Source of the DNA: Thermoanaerobaculia bacterium
GTDB taxonomy: Bacteria > Acidobacteriota > Thermoanaerobaculia > Multivoradales > JAGPDF01
DNA: 64,000 bases
Direction: 5' to 3'
NCBI GenBank assembly: GCA_031403995.1
Contig: JANNGS010000069.1
Location: 15,311-79,310 of the forward strand
Numbering within the stretch: the stretch's first letter is position 1; each line of letters starts with the position of its first letter. Under the pieces are notes generated by a model. That model was not told the origin of the DNA and made no database searches. It was given only the letters and a program-made list of their open reading frames with translations. The position numbers and the translations under genes were made by a program. Below are positions 38,190 to 47,768 of the stretch, one piece after another.

Positions 38190-38217
38190 CCCCCCTGCTC
38201 CCCGAGGTTCTTCAAGC

Positions 38218-38604
38218 GTGATCGTGGATGCTTCCGCTGTCACGTCGATCTTCCTTCGCAAGACGGGCTGCGAGCGACTGATCGACGCTCTCGCCAGCGC
38301 GCCTTTCGCCGGCATCGGCGCTCCGACGCTCGCCGAGGCGAGCCTGCTTCTGGCGCCCGAAATCGGACGGGAAGTTCATGGCATGCTGGCGCGATTCCTC
38401 CAGGAGTTCGATCTGCAGATCGTGCCGTTCTCGGACGCCCACTTCCGGGCCGCTCTCGACGCGCACCAACGTTTCGGCGAGGGACAGCACCAGGCCGCCC
38501 TCGATTTCGGCGACTGCCTCTCCTACGCCACGGCGCACCTGGCGCGGCAACCGCTGCTCTGCGACGACCGGCGCTTCTCTTCGACCGACCTCGACATCCG
38601 GTAG
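38218..38604 (+). CDS. vapC: VapC PIN-domain toxin
   Basis: MIVDASA, PTLAE, RFG.G.H.AALDFGDCLSYA and F..TD. Confidence 0.85.
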   Translation: MIVDASAVTSIFLRKTGCERLIDALASAPFAGIGAPTLAEASLLLAPEIGREVHGMLARFLQEFDLQIVPFSDAHFRAALDAHQRFGEGQHQAALDFGDCLSYATAHLARQPLLCDDRRFSSTDLDIR

Positions 38605-38619
38605 AACGGGCCAGCTCCG

Positions 38620-41600
38620 CTACCAGTCGACCGGCACCTTGATGCGTCCGCTGCGCTCGGCGATCACGACGTATCCCTCGCGGCGCCCGAAAAGGTAGAG
38701 GTCGCGCAACAGCTCGACGTCACGCCGGCAGTAGTCCTCGATGAGATCGAAGCGACCCTCCTTCACCCACTGCAGACTCTGGAGCCCGTCGGTGCTCTTG
38801 CCGGCGCCCAGGGTCTCCTTCGTCAGGTGGTCGAGGCTCACCCGACGGCCGAGGCGCTCGACCATGCTGTCCAGCAGATCGAGCGTCGGCAGCGTCCGGG
38901 CGTAGTCCTCCCCGGTGTAGCCCGAAAGCACGGAATAGTCGAAGCGCCGGCTGTTGAAACCGATCACCAGCGCCGCCGACTTGAGCGTCGAAGCCAGCTC
39001 ACCGGCGCGCGGCTCGAGGAAGGTCTCGAAGCGCCCCTCCTCCAGGTGACAGACCACCGCCAAGGCGATGCCCATCTTGTGCGCCTTGCCCCACCCCCCG
39101 ACCTCCGCCGCCGATCGCAGCGTCTCGATGTCGAAGAGGACTGTCTTGCCCGAACCTGCTCCAGCTTCCGTGCCGTGCTCCGCGCGAGCGGAGTCCCCGA
39201 CACCCGCGGCGCTCTTTCGGTAAAGGGGGGACGGCGGCAAGTCGCCGCCGGTGCCCTGCCGCGACAACGCCCCATCCACCCCTTCCTTTACTGGAGCTTT
39301 GCGCGACATTCGCCTGGATGTCGCCCGGGCCCTGTCCTGCGCCGCAGGCACATTGACACTCGGCTGGGCGAGTACGATCGAAGCTCGCTTGTGCGAGCTC
39401 AGGGGTCGCGTTGGATCGAGCATCATGGCGAGGAGGTCGACGGCCCCGCGCTTGTCGAGCGGGCGGTTGCCGTTGCCGCACTTCGGGCTCTGGATGCAGC
39501 TCGGGCAGCCGCCTTCGCAGGGACAGTGCGCGACATGGTCGCGCACCTTGGCGAGCAGGACCTCGAGCTCGCGGAAGCCCTTCTTCGCAATCCCCATGCC
39601 GCCCGGATGGCTCTCGTAGACGAAGACCCCCGCGCCTTCGAGCTGCGGATGAAAGGAGAGCGAAATGCCCCCGAGGTCGTTGCGATCGCACAGCGCGAGC
39701 AGCGGCATGAGCCCGATCGTCGCGTGCTCGGTGGCATGGAGGGAACCCAGAAGGTGCCGGCCTTTCGCGGCCAGCTCTTCGACGATCTCCGCCGGCGTCC
39801 GGAACCAGAGCCCGACACATTCCATCTCGGTCGGCGGCAGGTCGAGCGGCTGCTGATCGAGGACCTCCTGTCCCTGGGTGCGCTTGCGCTCGAAACCGGT
39901 GACCTGCTCGGTGATCTTCAGGCGGCCCAGCGCCGCGGAGAGACCTCCCACTTCGCGCTCCTCCAGCAGCTCGAGTATCTCGGTCTCCTTGCGCGACAGG
40001 GGCGAGGTGAAGTAGTCGACCTCGGCTGGCTGCACGACGACGCTCCGGCGGTCGAGATCGAGCGCGACCACCTCGTACTGCCGGCCATGGTGCAGGTAGA
40101 CCGCTCCCGGATGTCCTTCGCTGAACACCCGCGCACCGTCGAGGGTACCGATCGTCTTTCCGCGCGTCCGATCCACCAGGGCGAAGGTGGCGCCCGTACC
40201 GCGCAGGTTCACATCGCGCTGCGGCCGCCGCCGGCGCGCCGTCAGCCCGCCACCGTCGCGCGATTCGGCGAGCGTGCCGTCGCGCAGCAGGTCGCCCACC
40301 ACCGCCGCGTGCCGTTCGAGGTAGCGCGCATCGTCGACCCGCGAGAGCGGGTTCTCGGCGGCGGCGCATTCGAGATGGATCCGCGCCACCGGCTCGTTCT
40401 CGGGATCGAAGAGCAGCGGCTCGCAAGGTCGGGCGAGGAGCTCGTCCGGATGCTCGAGCAGATACTGATCCAGCGCGTCCGGAAGCGCGACGAGCGCGGT
40501 GAGCGACTCCCTGCCGCGCCGCCCGACCCGTCCCGAGCGCTGCCACGTAGCCATCATGCTGCCGGGAAAGCCAACCAGCAGACAGGCGTCGAGACCGCCG
40601 ATATCGATGCCGAGCTCGAGCGCCGAGGTCGAGATCACCGCGTCGAGCTCGCCGGAGAGGAGTCGCGCTTCAATCTCGCGCCGCTCCTCCGGCAGAAAAC
40701 CGGCGCGATAGCAGGCCACCCGCCGCGCCAGGTCGCGGTCCTTGCGCTGCAGCCAGCCGTAGAGGAGCTCGGTGATCCGCCGCGCCTTGGTGAAGACGAT
40801 CGTCTTCTGCCCGGAGCCGACAAGCGCGATGAGAAGATCGAGCGTCAGTGTGTACGGGCTCGCCTCGGGACGGACCAGGAATATCCGCCGCGCCTCGCGC
40901 GGCGCTCCAGAACCGGTGATCTCGACGAACGGCTCGGCAGCGAGGAGCTCGGCAAATTCGCGCGCGTTCTGGGCGGTCGCCGAAGAGGCGATGAGCGCCG
41001 GCTTCGCGCCGTGCGCCCGCGCCAACCGCAGCAGGCGCTGCAGCACGTGGTGGAAGTGGGCGCCGAAGAGACCGCGATAGACATGCAGCTCATCGAGCAC
41101 GATCCACTTCAGATTCGCCAGCAGCTCCCCCCAGTTGCCAGGATGGGCCAGGATCCCGAGATGGAGCATGTCGGGATTGGTCACCAGCACCTGCGGCGGG
41201 CGGCGGCGAATGGCGGTTCGCTTCGCCGCCGGCGTGTCGCCGTCGTAAATCTCGCAGGAGAATTCCTCGGCGTCGAGGCCTGCCGACTGGGCGAGCGTGA
41301 GGAGCTTGCCGCGCTGGTCCTGGCCGAGCGCCTTCAGCGGAAAGAGGAAGATGCCGCGCCCATCGCCACCGGCGAGCGCCTCTTCCAGCACCGGCAGCTG
41401 GAAGACGAGCGATTTTCCCGATGCGGTGGCGGTGGTGACGAGGACATTCTCTCCGGCCCGCACGGCGGCGATCGCCTCCACCTGATGCGACCACAGCCGT
41501 CCGATCCCCTGCCCGGCGAGGGCTTGGGCGAGCGCGCGGGGCGGCGGAGGTGACAGATCGGCCTCACGGGCGAGCTCCGGGGCGAGCCGGCGCTCGGCGA

Positions 41601-41673
41601 CGAGACGCTCCCCCAAACGGTCCCGGAGGGTGGCCAGCGCGCCTTCGAACGACTCCGTCTGGGATGGCGACAC
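38620..41673 (-). CDS. DEAH helicase with DUF1998 fused to a DEDD/RNase H-like exonuclease (MrfA-MrfB/YprA-YprB-like)
   Basis: TATASGKS, DELHVYRG, SSAT, ALELGIDIG, QRSGRVGR and CPCEGGCPSC; C-terminal FDIET, GFN..FD and YCRRDV. Confidence 0.9.
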   Translation of the reverse strand: MSPSQTESFEGALATLRDRLGERLVAERRLAPELAREADLSPPPPRALAQALAGQGIGRLWSHQVEAIAAVRAGENVLVTTATASGKSLVFQLPVLEEALAGGDGRGIFLFPLKALGQDQRGKLLTLAQSAGLDAEEFSCEIYDGDTPAAKRTAIRRRPPQVLVTNPDMLHLGILAHPGNWGELLANLKWIVLDELHVYRGLFGAHFHHVLQRLLRLARAHGAKPALIASSATAQNAREFAELLAAEPFVEITGSGAPREARRIFLVRPEASPYTLTLDLLIALVGSGQKTIVFTKARRITELLYGWLQRKDRDLARRVACYRAGFLPEERREIEARLLSGELDAVISTSALELGIDIGGLDACLLVGFPGSMMATWQRSGRVGRRGRESLTALVALPDALDQYLLEHPDELLARPCEPLLFDPENEPVARIHLECAAAENPLSRVDDARYLERHAAVVGDLLRDGTLAESRDGGGLTARRRRPQRDVNLRGTGATFALVDRTRGKTIGTLDGARVFSEGHPGAVYLHHGRQYEVVALDLDRRSVVVQPAEVDYFTSPLSRKETEILELLEEREVGGLSAALGRLKITEQVTGFERKRTQGQEVLDQQPLDLPPTEMECVGLWFRTPAEIVEELAAKGRHLLGSLHATEHATIGLMPLLALCDRNDLGGISLSFHPQLEGAGVFVYESHPGGMGIAKKGFRELEVLLAKVRDHVAHCPCEGGCPSCIQSPKCGNGNRPLDKRGAVDLLAMMLDPTRPLSSHKRASIVLAQPSVNVPAAQDRARATSRRMSRKAPVKEGVDGALSRQGTGGDLPPSPLYRKSAAGVGDSARAEHGTEAGAGSGKTVLFDIETLRSAAEVGGWGKAHKMGIALAVVCHLEEGRFETFLEPRAGELASTLKSAALVIGFNSRRFDYSVLSGYTGEDYARTLPTLDLLDSMVERLGRRVSLDHLTKETLGAGKSTDGLQSLQWVKEGRFDLIEDYCRRDVELLRDLYLFGRREGYVVIAERSGRIKVPVDW

Positions 41674-41684
41674 GGCTGGGGCTG

Positions 41685-42476
41685 TCAGGGGTGCGACGCA
41701 GGCGCCGGATCACCGCCGCCCGGCTCGGCTGCGTGCTCGCCGAGGATACGCCGACGTCGCGGCACCAGACGCACAAGGGCGACTTCGCGGGCGTGCTTCT
41801 CGACGATCGCCAGGGCCTCTTCCGGCGAATCGGTCAGCTGCAGGCGATCGACGTCGGCGGCCTCGATCGTTCCTTCCTTCACCATCATGCCCCGCAGGAG
41901 CTCGAAGAGGTCCTTCCAGTAGTCGCTGCCCATGAGCACCAACGGGAAACCGGGGATCTTGCCGGTCTGGATGAGTGTCGCGGTCTCGAAGATCTCGTCG
42001 AGCGTTCCGAATCCGCCCGGCAGAACAATGAAGCCGTAGGAATACTTGACCAGCATGACCTTGCGGACGAAGAAGTAGCGGAACTCCAGGAAGTTGTCGA
42101 CGTAGGGATTGGGCTTCTGCTCGTGCGGCAACACGATGTTGCAGCCGACCGAGCGCCCTCCCGCTTCGTGCGCACCCCGGTTTGCCCCCTCCATAACACC
42201 CGGGCCGCCGCCGGTCATGACGGTGAAGCCCGCCTCCGCCGAAAGCCGGCCGACCTCCCTCGCCATTTCGTAGTAGCGATGGCCGTCGGGAAAACGTGCA
42301 GAACCGAAGACCGTGACGCACGGCCCGACGAAGTGCAGCGACCGGAACCCGCGCAGAAACTCGAAGAAGATGCGGGTGATCCGGCGCAGCTCGGTGAGCC
42401 GCCAGGTCGGTCCGGCCAGGAAGTTGCGTTCTTCGACGTTGCGGGTGAACTTGCCCCAGCGGGAGGGTCGCTTCAC
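41685..42476 (-). CDS. LOG family protein (TIGR00730)
   Basis: VFGSAR, TGGGPGVME, FFVRKVM and PGGFGTLDE. Confidence 0.92.
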   Translation of the reverse strand: MKRPSRWGKFTRNVEERNFLAGPTWRLTELRRITRIFFEFLRGFRSLHFVGPCVTVFGSARFPDGHRYYEMAREVGRLSAEAGFTVMTGGGPGVMEGANRGAHEAGGRSVGCNIVLPHEQKPNPYVDNFLEFRYFFVRKVMLVKYSYGFIVLPGGFGTLDEIFETATLIQTGKIPGFPLVLMGSDYWKDLFELLRGMMVKEGTIEAADVDRLQLTDSPEEALAIVEKHAREVALVRLVPRRRRILGEHAAEPGGGDPAPASHP

Positions 42477-42602
42477 CGCTGGAGTTTAGCAGTCGGTCCA
42501 CCGTCGCCGGAGGGCCCTGCCACGACGGTTCCCGGCGCGGAGAGCTCGCGACCTCCGTCAGGCTCCGGGAGACGGAACGGCGAGCGGAGCGAAGCTCTCT
42601 TT

Positions 42603-44276
42603 TCAGGTCGCGGCGCCGCCTGACTTCCAGGCGCTGACGAAGGGACGGAAAATCTGGACGATGCGGCGGCGGCCGCGCGGGTCGCCTTCGAAGGCGGGCT
42701 GCCCACCCTGCCAGACGACCTGCGGGCGGTCTTCCGGGCGCAGGTCGAGCTCCTCGCTGCCCGCGAGCAGCACGCAGAGAGTGTCGCCGTCGAGGAACGC
42801 CTTCAACACCCCAGGAAAAAGCGCCGAAGCGACGAACTTCGGCGCCGCGATGCGCGAGGCGCCAAGCGCCGCGTCGATCAGCGGGCTCTCCTCCACCTTG
42901 CGCGCGAACTCGGCGTCGAAGAGCCGCACGACGGTTCGCGTCTTCGGCGACATCTCTTTCGCGGTCAGACAGATCGAGAGATTCACCGCATCGTCGCCGG
43001 TGACCGCGAGGATGCTGCGGGCGCCCCGGACGTGAGCCTGCTCGAGCACCGAGACGAGCCGGGCATCTCCGACCAGCAGCGGAACCTGCTGCTCCATGCC
43101 GCCGACGAACGGGCTCTCCCGATCGCGCTCCAGCACGACGACCGGTACGCCGGCCTGGAGCAGCTCCTCGACGACCCGGAAACCGACGTTACCGAGCCCG
43201 GCGACGATGACGTGGCCATCGTCAGGCACCGGCTGGCGCCCGAGGAGCTCCCGGACGCGGGCGGTGACTATCCAATCGGTGATCAGCGAATAGACCGTGG
43301 CGATCGTCGCCGAGCCGAGCAGCATCATCAGCGAGCAATAGATCTTCAGCCAGTTGGCGTGGTCCCGCACCGTGATGTCGCCGTAACCGGTGGTGGTCAG
43401 CGTCGTCACCATGAAGTAGACCGCATCGATGAGCGACAAACCCATGCCGTAGCGAAAGACGAGGACACTGGTGCACATGAGGGCGACGAGCACACCAAAA
43501 ACCGCCTTCAGGCCGGCCGAAGCGCCGGTCCACGCGGTGACGAACTTCTTCAGCACCTCGCGCAGGCGGTCCCCGGCCCGCGGCGTGCGCGCGCGGCGCG
43601 CTACCGCATCGTCGTCCGAAGCCTCCCAGCTTCTCTGGCTCGTGAGCACGAGCAGCGTCTCCTCCTCGCGGATCGGCTCGCCGTCGTCGCGCCGGCGATG
43701 GAGGCGCGTGCCGCGCGTCAACAAACGACGATGCACGGAAGAGAGAGCTTCGGGCCTCTTGCCGACCAGCTCTGGGTGTTTCGCCGCCTCCATCATGGCG
43801 ACCACCAGGTTCTCACCATCGAACTGGAAGCGGCCGAGCACTTCGCTGCCGGTAGCCGCGGCGGCGATGCGCGGCGCGGCAACCGTCGCCATGCCGAGTG
43901 CCCGGCGGATCCGGAACGCGCCTTCGAGCTGACGGGCGAGGTGCTGGTCGAACAGGCGCAGGACGATCGGCAGATCGTCGCGCAGCCGCTGTGCATCGAG
44001 CGCGATCTCGACGTTGACAACGTCTTTCGAGGTCGTCACGACGAGGGCCCGCGCACCCATGACTCCGAGCCGAAGAAGGACGTTCGGATCGCGCGCGTCG
44101 GCGATCTCCACCTCCACGCCGGCGGCGCGCGCCGCCTGGATCCGTTCGTCATGGCCGGAGAGAGTCACCACGACCACACGCTCGCCGAGCCGATGCAGCA
44201 GCTCGACCGCCCTGAAGCCCACGATCCCCAGGCCGCAGACGATGTAGTGTCCTCGCAACGCGCTCCCGCTTTCCAT
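42603..44276 (-). CDS. Potassium channel with TrkA-N (RCK) domains
   Basis: Two GLG.VG Rossmann domains flanking a 2TM pore with TTTGYGD. Confidence 0.88.
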   Translation of the reverse strand: MESGSALRGHYIVCGLGIVGFRAVELLHRLGERVVVVTLSGHDERIQAARAAGVEVEIADARDPNVLLRLGVMGARALVVTTSKDVVNVEIALDAQRLRDDLPIVLRLFDQHLARQLEGAFRIRRALGMATVAAPRIAAAATGSEVLGRFQFDGENLVVAMMEAAKHPELVGKRPEALSSVHRRLLTRGTRLHRRRDDGEPIREEETLLVLTSQRSWEASDDDAVARRARTPRAGDRLREVLKKFVTAWTGASAGLKAVFGVLVALMCTSVLVFRYGMGLSLIDAVYFMVTTLTTTGYGDITVRDHANWLKIYCSLMMLLGSATIATVYSLITDWIVTARVRELLGRQPVPDDGHVIVAGLGNVGFRVVEELLQAGVPVVVLERDRESPFVGGMEQQVPLLVGDARLVSVLEQAHVRGARSILAVTGDDAVNLSICLTAKEMSPKTRTVVRLFDAEFARKVEESPLIDAALGASRIAAPKFVASALFPGVLKAFLDGDTLCVLLAGSEELDLRPEDRPQVVWQGGQPAFEGDPRGRRRIVQIFRPFVSAWKSGGAAT

Positions 44277-44363
44277 TCGAGTGCAGGGAGTCTAGCCCAC
44301 GCGGGCTCTGCGCCGATCCCGCGAAGCGCGGACCCCAGCGGCGACAGTTGATAGGCTTCCCGC

Positions 44364-44819
44364 ATGCTCGCCACCGCCGGAATTCGCCGCTTCGCCCACG
44401 TCTTCGCCGTCACGGCCGCCATCGGCACCGCCAGTTGCAGCAAGCCGGCGGAGGCGCCCGCCGTGACCGTGGAGAGCTACGCGATGCGCGGCGAGATCGT
44501 CCGGCTCCCGGCGGCCGGAACCCGCGAGATGGTGATCCGCCACGAGGCCGTTCCTGACTTCCGCGACGAGGCCGGGAAGGTCGTCGGCATGGAAGCGATG
44601 ACGATGCCGTTCACCCTGGCGCGGGGGGTCGAGATCGAAGGCCTCGCGCCGGGAGACAAGGTCGCCTTCACCCTCGAGATGCGCTGGCGGGATCCGCGTG
44701 AGATCGCACGCATCTCGCGGATCGAGAGACTCCCCGCGGGTGCGGTGCTGTTCTGGGAGAAGCCACCGGCCGGCGCCGAAACTCCCGACACGCCCGCCGC
44801 AGGCAGCACACCGCAGTAG
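44364..44819 (+). CDS. CusF-like copper-binding lipoprotein
   Basis: Lipobox-like TASC; IRHEAVP...GMEAMTMPF; GDKVAF. Confidence 0.8.
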   Translation: MLATAGIRRFAHVFAVTAAIGTASCSKPAEAPAVTVESYAMRGEIVRLPAAGTREMVIRHEAVPDFRDEAGKVVGMEAMTMPFTLARGVEIEGLAPGDKVAFTLEMRWRDPREIARISRIERLPAGAVLFWEKPPAGAETPDTPAAGSTPQ

Positions 44820-44821
44820 CC

Positions 44822-46168
44822 TTGCACGTGAGATCTCTCCCGCTTCACGAGCTCGCGGCGCTGCCGCGCGCGGAGGCCGTCCAACGCTGGCGCGACGAGC
44901 GCAACGCCTCGGTCGCGAAACCGCTCTTCTGGGGATTCGCGCCGATAGCCCTGGTGATGACGATCGTCGAGCTTTCCCGCGGCGATCTCCTGCGGGCCGG
45001 CGGCGCGGCGCTCGCCCTGGCCCTCCTCGTCGGCGGCATCCTCGGACTGCGCAGAGACAGTTGGCGGCAGGGGTTTCACCCGACGCTGCTGACACTCCTC
45101 GCCGCCGGCTTCGCTCTCTGGATGGCGATCACCACCCTCTTCCCGATGGTGATGTTCGCTGCGGTCTTCCTCTGCCCGCTCCTCCTGTTCCTCCTGCGGC
45201 TGCGGGGCAGCGATACGCCGCTCCTCGCAGTCGGCGCCTCGGGGATCGCCGGCATTCGCATCCTCGCCGGCGGACTGGAAGAGGCTCCGGACTCGTTCTG
45301 GGGGCCGTTCGTCGGCATCGTCCTCTTCAACGCGGTCGCGGCTTGGGCCGGCTGGGCGCTGACGCGCCGGCAGGTGGGGCGATTCCTGGCTGAATGGAGT
45401 GTCGCTTCGTCGCGCGAACGCGAGAGCTCGCGGATGCGCGAGGAGCTCGAGGACGCCCGCGCCATCCAACTCGCGATGCTGCCTTCCTCGGCCCCTGAGC
45501 TGGGCTGGCTCGACCTGCAGGGGATGTCGCTCCCGGCGACGGAGGTCGGGGGCGACTACTACGACTTTCTCACCGTCGACCCCAACCGGGTCGCCGTAGT
45601 GGTCGGCGACGTCGCCGGACACGGAGTCGCGAGCGGCCTGCTGCTCTCCGGCGTGCGCGCGGGGCTCCACCTCTTGCGCGCCGATCTCGCCGTACCCCTC
45701 GCCGTCGTCGAGCGGCTGAACCTGCTGGTCCGCGACAGCGGTGTCTCCCGCCTCTTCATGAGCCTGGTGGTGGCACTCTTCGACCACGAGGCCGGCACCG
45801 TGCTGGTGGTGACCGCCGGGCACCCTCCGGCCCTGCGTTTCCGGGCGGCGTCCGGCCAGGTTACGGTCCTCATGGCCAGCTCACCGCCGCTCGGCACGCG
45901 TCTGCCGCCGAACTTCCCGCAGCAGCAAGAGAGCCTCGAGCCGGGCGACCTCTGGCTGTTCGTCACCGACGGCCTGCTCGAAGCGACCGACCCGCGCGGG
46001 CGACCGTTCGGCGAGCAACGCCTCATCGATCAGTTCACCGCCGCCGCCCGCCGCGACCCCCGCCCGCGCGAAGTCGAGCAGGCCCTCCTCGCCGACCTCG
46101 CCATCTACCGCGGCGAAGCCGAGCTCCAGGACGACCTCACCGTCGTCGTGGTTCGCATCGCCGGGTGA
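44822..46168 (+). CDS. Membrane PP2C/SpoIIE-family phosphatase
   Basis: ARAIQ.AMLP, EVGGDYYD, GDVAGHG, AGHPP, TDGLLEA and DDLT. Start codon uncertain. Confidence 0.9.
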   Translation: MHVRSLPLHELAALPRAEAVQRWRDERNASVAKPLFWGFAPIALVMTIVELSRGDLLRAGGAALALALLVGGILGLRRDSWRQGFHPTLLTLLAAGFALWMAITTLFPMVMFAAVFLCPLLLFLLRLRGSDTPLLAVGASGIAGIRILAGGLEEAPDSFWGPFVGIVLFNAVAAWAGWALTRRQVGRFLAEWSVASSRERESSRMREELEDARAIQLAMLPSSAPELGWLDLQGMSLPATEVGGDYYDFLTVDPNRVAVVVGDVAGHGVASGLLLSGVRAGLHLLRADLAVPLAVVERLNLLVRDSGVSRLFMSLVVALFDHEAGTVLVVTAGHPPALRFRAASGQVTVLMASSPPLGTRLPPNFPQQQESLEPGDLWLFVTDGLLEATDPRGRPFGEQRLIDQFTAAARRDPRPREVEQALLADLAIYRGEAELQDDLTVVVVRIAG

Positions 46169-46207
46169 AGAGCGGCATCTAGAGGACAACGGCGGACAAA
46201 AGCGGGC

Positions 46208-46240
46208 AAAAAAACGCCCCGGCCGCTAGCGGCAGGGGCG
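46208..46240 (-). terminator. Intrinsic terminator after the csp pair
   Basis: cgcccc..ccgct/agcgg..ggggcg stem; A7 run at 46208-46214 gives a U-tract on the minus strand. Confidence 0.7.
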
Positions 46241-46271
46241 ATTGATTGGAAGCTAGATGAGTGGGGCTGCG

Positions 46272-46475
46272 TCAGATACGGACGACGTTCCGCGCCTGCA
46301 GGCCCTTCTGGCCCTCCACCACTTCGAAGGAGACGCGGTCTCCTTCGTTGAGGGAGCGATATCCCTCGGCGAGGATCGCGGTGTGGTGGACGAATACGTC
46401 CGGGCCACTCTCACGCGAAATGAAGCCAAACCCCTTCTCGTTGTTGAACCACTTGACTGCGCCCTGCTCGGTCAT
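46272..46475 (-). CDS. csp: Cold-shock protein (downstream copy)
   Basis: [13 protein letters not shown] (RNP1) and DVFVH (RNP2). Confidence 0.96.
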   Translation of the reverse strand: MTEQGAVKWFNNEKGFGFISRESGPDVFVHHTAILAEGYRSLNEGDRVSFEVVEGQKGLQARNVVRI

Positions 46476-46646
46476 GCCCTGCTCCTTACACCTACTGGGT
46501 TAATGAGACTCGGCCTCGCTTCGAGGCCGACCTTGCCGCGGGTCCGTCTTGGAACCGCGAATTCGAAATCTGCACGGTTCGCCGAGGGCTTCCGGCTCAC
46601 CAGGATGAACGTCATGAGATCAATGTGCTCTTGGCGGAACGTCGGT

Positions 46647-46850
46647 TCAGATGCGGACGACGTTGCGGGCCTGCAGACCCTTCTGACCCTCGACGACCTC
46701 GAAAGAAACCCGGTCGCCTTCGTTCAGGGAGCGGTAACCCTCGGCCGTGATCGCGGTGTGATGGACGAAAACGTCCGGACCGCTCTCGCGCGAGATGAAA
46801 CCAAAACCCTTTTCGTTGTTAAACCACTTCACTGTGCCCTGTTCGGTCAT
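46647..46850 (-). CDS. csp: Cold-shock protein (upstream copy)
   Basis: Same motifs; 65/67 aa identical to the neighbouring copy. Confidence 0.96.
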   Translation of the reverse strand: MTEQGTVKWFNNEKGFGFISRESGPDVFVHHTAITAEGYRSLNEGDRVSFEVVEGQKGLQARNVVRI

Positions 46851-47016
46851 GCGTGACTCCTTGCTGCAACTGCATGTGAATAAGTCGCGCTCCGCGAATG
46901 CGCAGCGCTGATGCGAGGTCCGCGATGGACCTCAAAAATAGAGAGATATTGGGTGTGCTGGGTCAAATGGAGGGGATGGAAATAATTCTGTCCGGCTTGT
47001 ATTGCCGCGTAGTCTC

Positions 47017-47739
47017 TCACGGCTCTGCAGGAAATGCAAGGGGTATGCGACAAGCGGCGAGAGTGGCCGCAAAATCGGCCGGCAGGGGCGCTTCGAAAAA
47101 CTCGGGCTCGAGACCGGGAATCGTCAGCCGGTAGGCGTGCAGGAGCGAGCGTCCCGGGGCCAGGGCGGCGCGCAGCCCAGGCGACCGAACGCCATGCTCC
47201 CGCGGCCCGCCGTAGAGATCGTCCCCGACGATCGGATGCCCGGCCGCCGCGAGATGGACCCGAAGCTGGTGGGTTCTTCCGGTGCGCGGCGTGAGCTCGA
47301 GCAAGGCGACGTGCGCTGCCTTGGCCAGCGTCCGGAACTCGGTCAGGGCCGGCCGGCCCTCTGGGTCGATTTTCATCCGCCGCCGGTCCTTCTTGTCCGG
47401 TCCCAGCCGCGCGTCCCAGCTGCCGGTCGCCGGGCGCGGATGGCCCCACACCAGGGCGAGGTAGCGCTTCTCCGCCTGCCGTTCGGCAAACCGGGTGACG
47501 AGCTCGCGATGGATGTCGACGTCGAGGGCGACGAGCACGACCCCGCTCGTCGACTCGTCGAGCCGGTGGACGAGCTGCGGTTCGCGCCCGGCAAAGAGCT
47601 CCCGGTCCCGGAAGCGGAGCGCTTCGATCAACCCGCGCGCCGCGCCGTGGGGATCGGCGCGCGACGTCCGCAACGACAGGCCGGCCGGCTTGTCGATCGC
47701 GGCGAAGCGATCGCCGAGGAAGAGCAGGGCGGCCGGCAT
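47017..47739 (-). CDS. RluA/RluD-family pseudouridine synthase (no S4 domain)
   Basis: IDKPAGL, VHRLDESTSG, TGRTHQLRVH, HPIVGD.LYG and LHA. Start taken at MPAALLF. Confidence 0.9.
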   Translation of the reverse strand: MPAALLFLGDRFAAIDKPAGLSLRTSRADPHGAARGLIEALRFRDRELFAGREPQLVHRLDESTSGVVLVALDVDIHRELVTRFAERQAEKRYLALVWGHPRPATGSWDARLGPDKKDRRRMKIDPEGRPALTEFRTLAKAAHVALLELTPRTGRTHQLRVHLAAAGHPIVGDDLYGGPREHGVRSPGLRAALAPGRSLLHAYRLTIPGLEPEFFEAPLPADFAATLAACRIPLAFPAEP

Positions 47740-47768
47740 CTGGCGGCTCCCCTTCTGGGCTGGACGGG

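Noticed and set aside
37956-42476. vapBC, DUF1998 helicase and LOG as an anti-phage island (DISARM/Druantia-like)
   Set aside because: There is no methylase or other defence partner and no compositional shift. The helicase looks like the housekeeping MrfA type.
46257-46856. 199-aa plus-strand ORF with an internal duplication
   Set aside because: It is the antisense shadow of the two csp genes.
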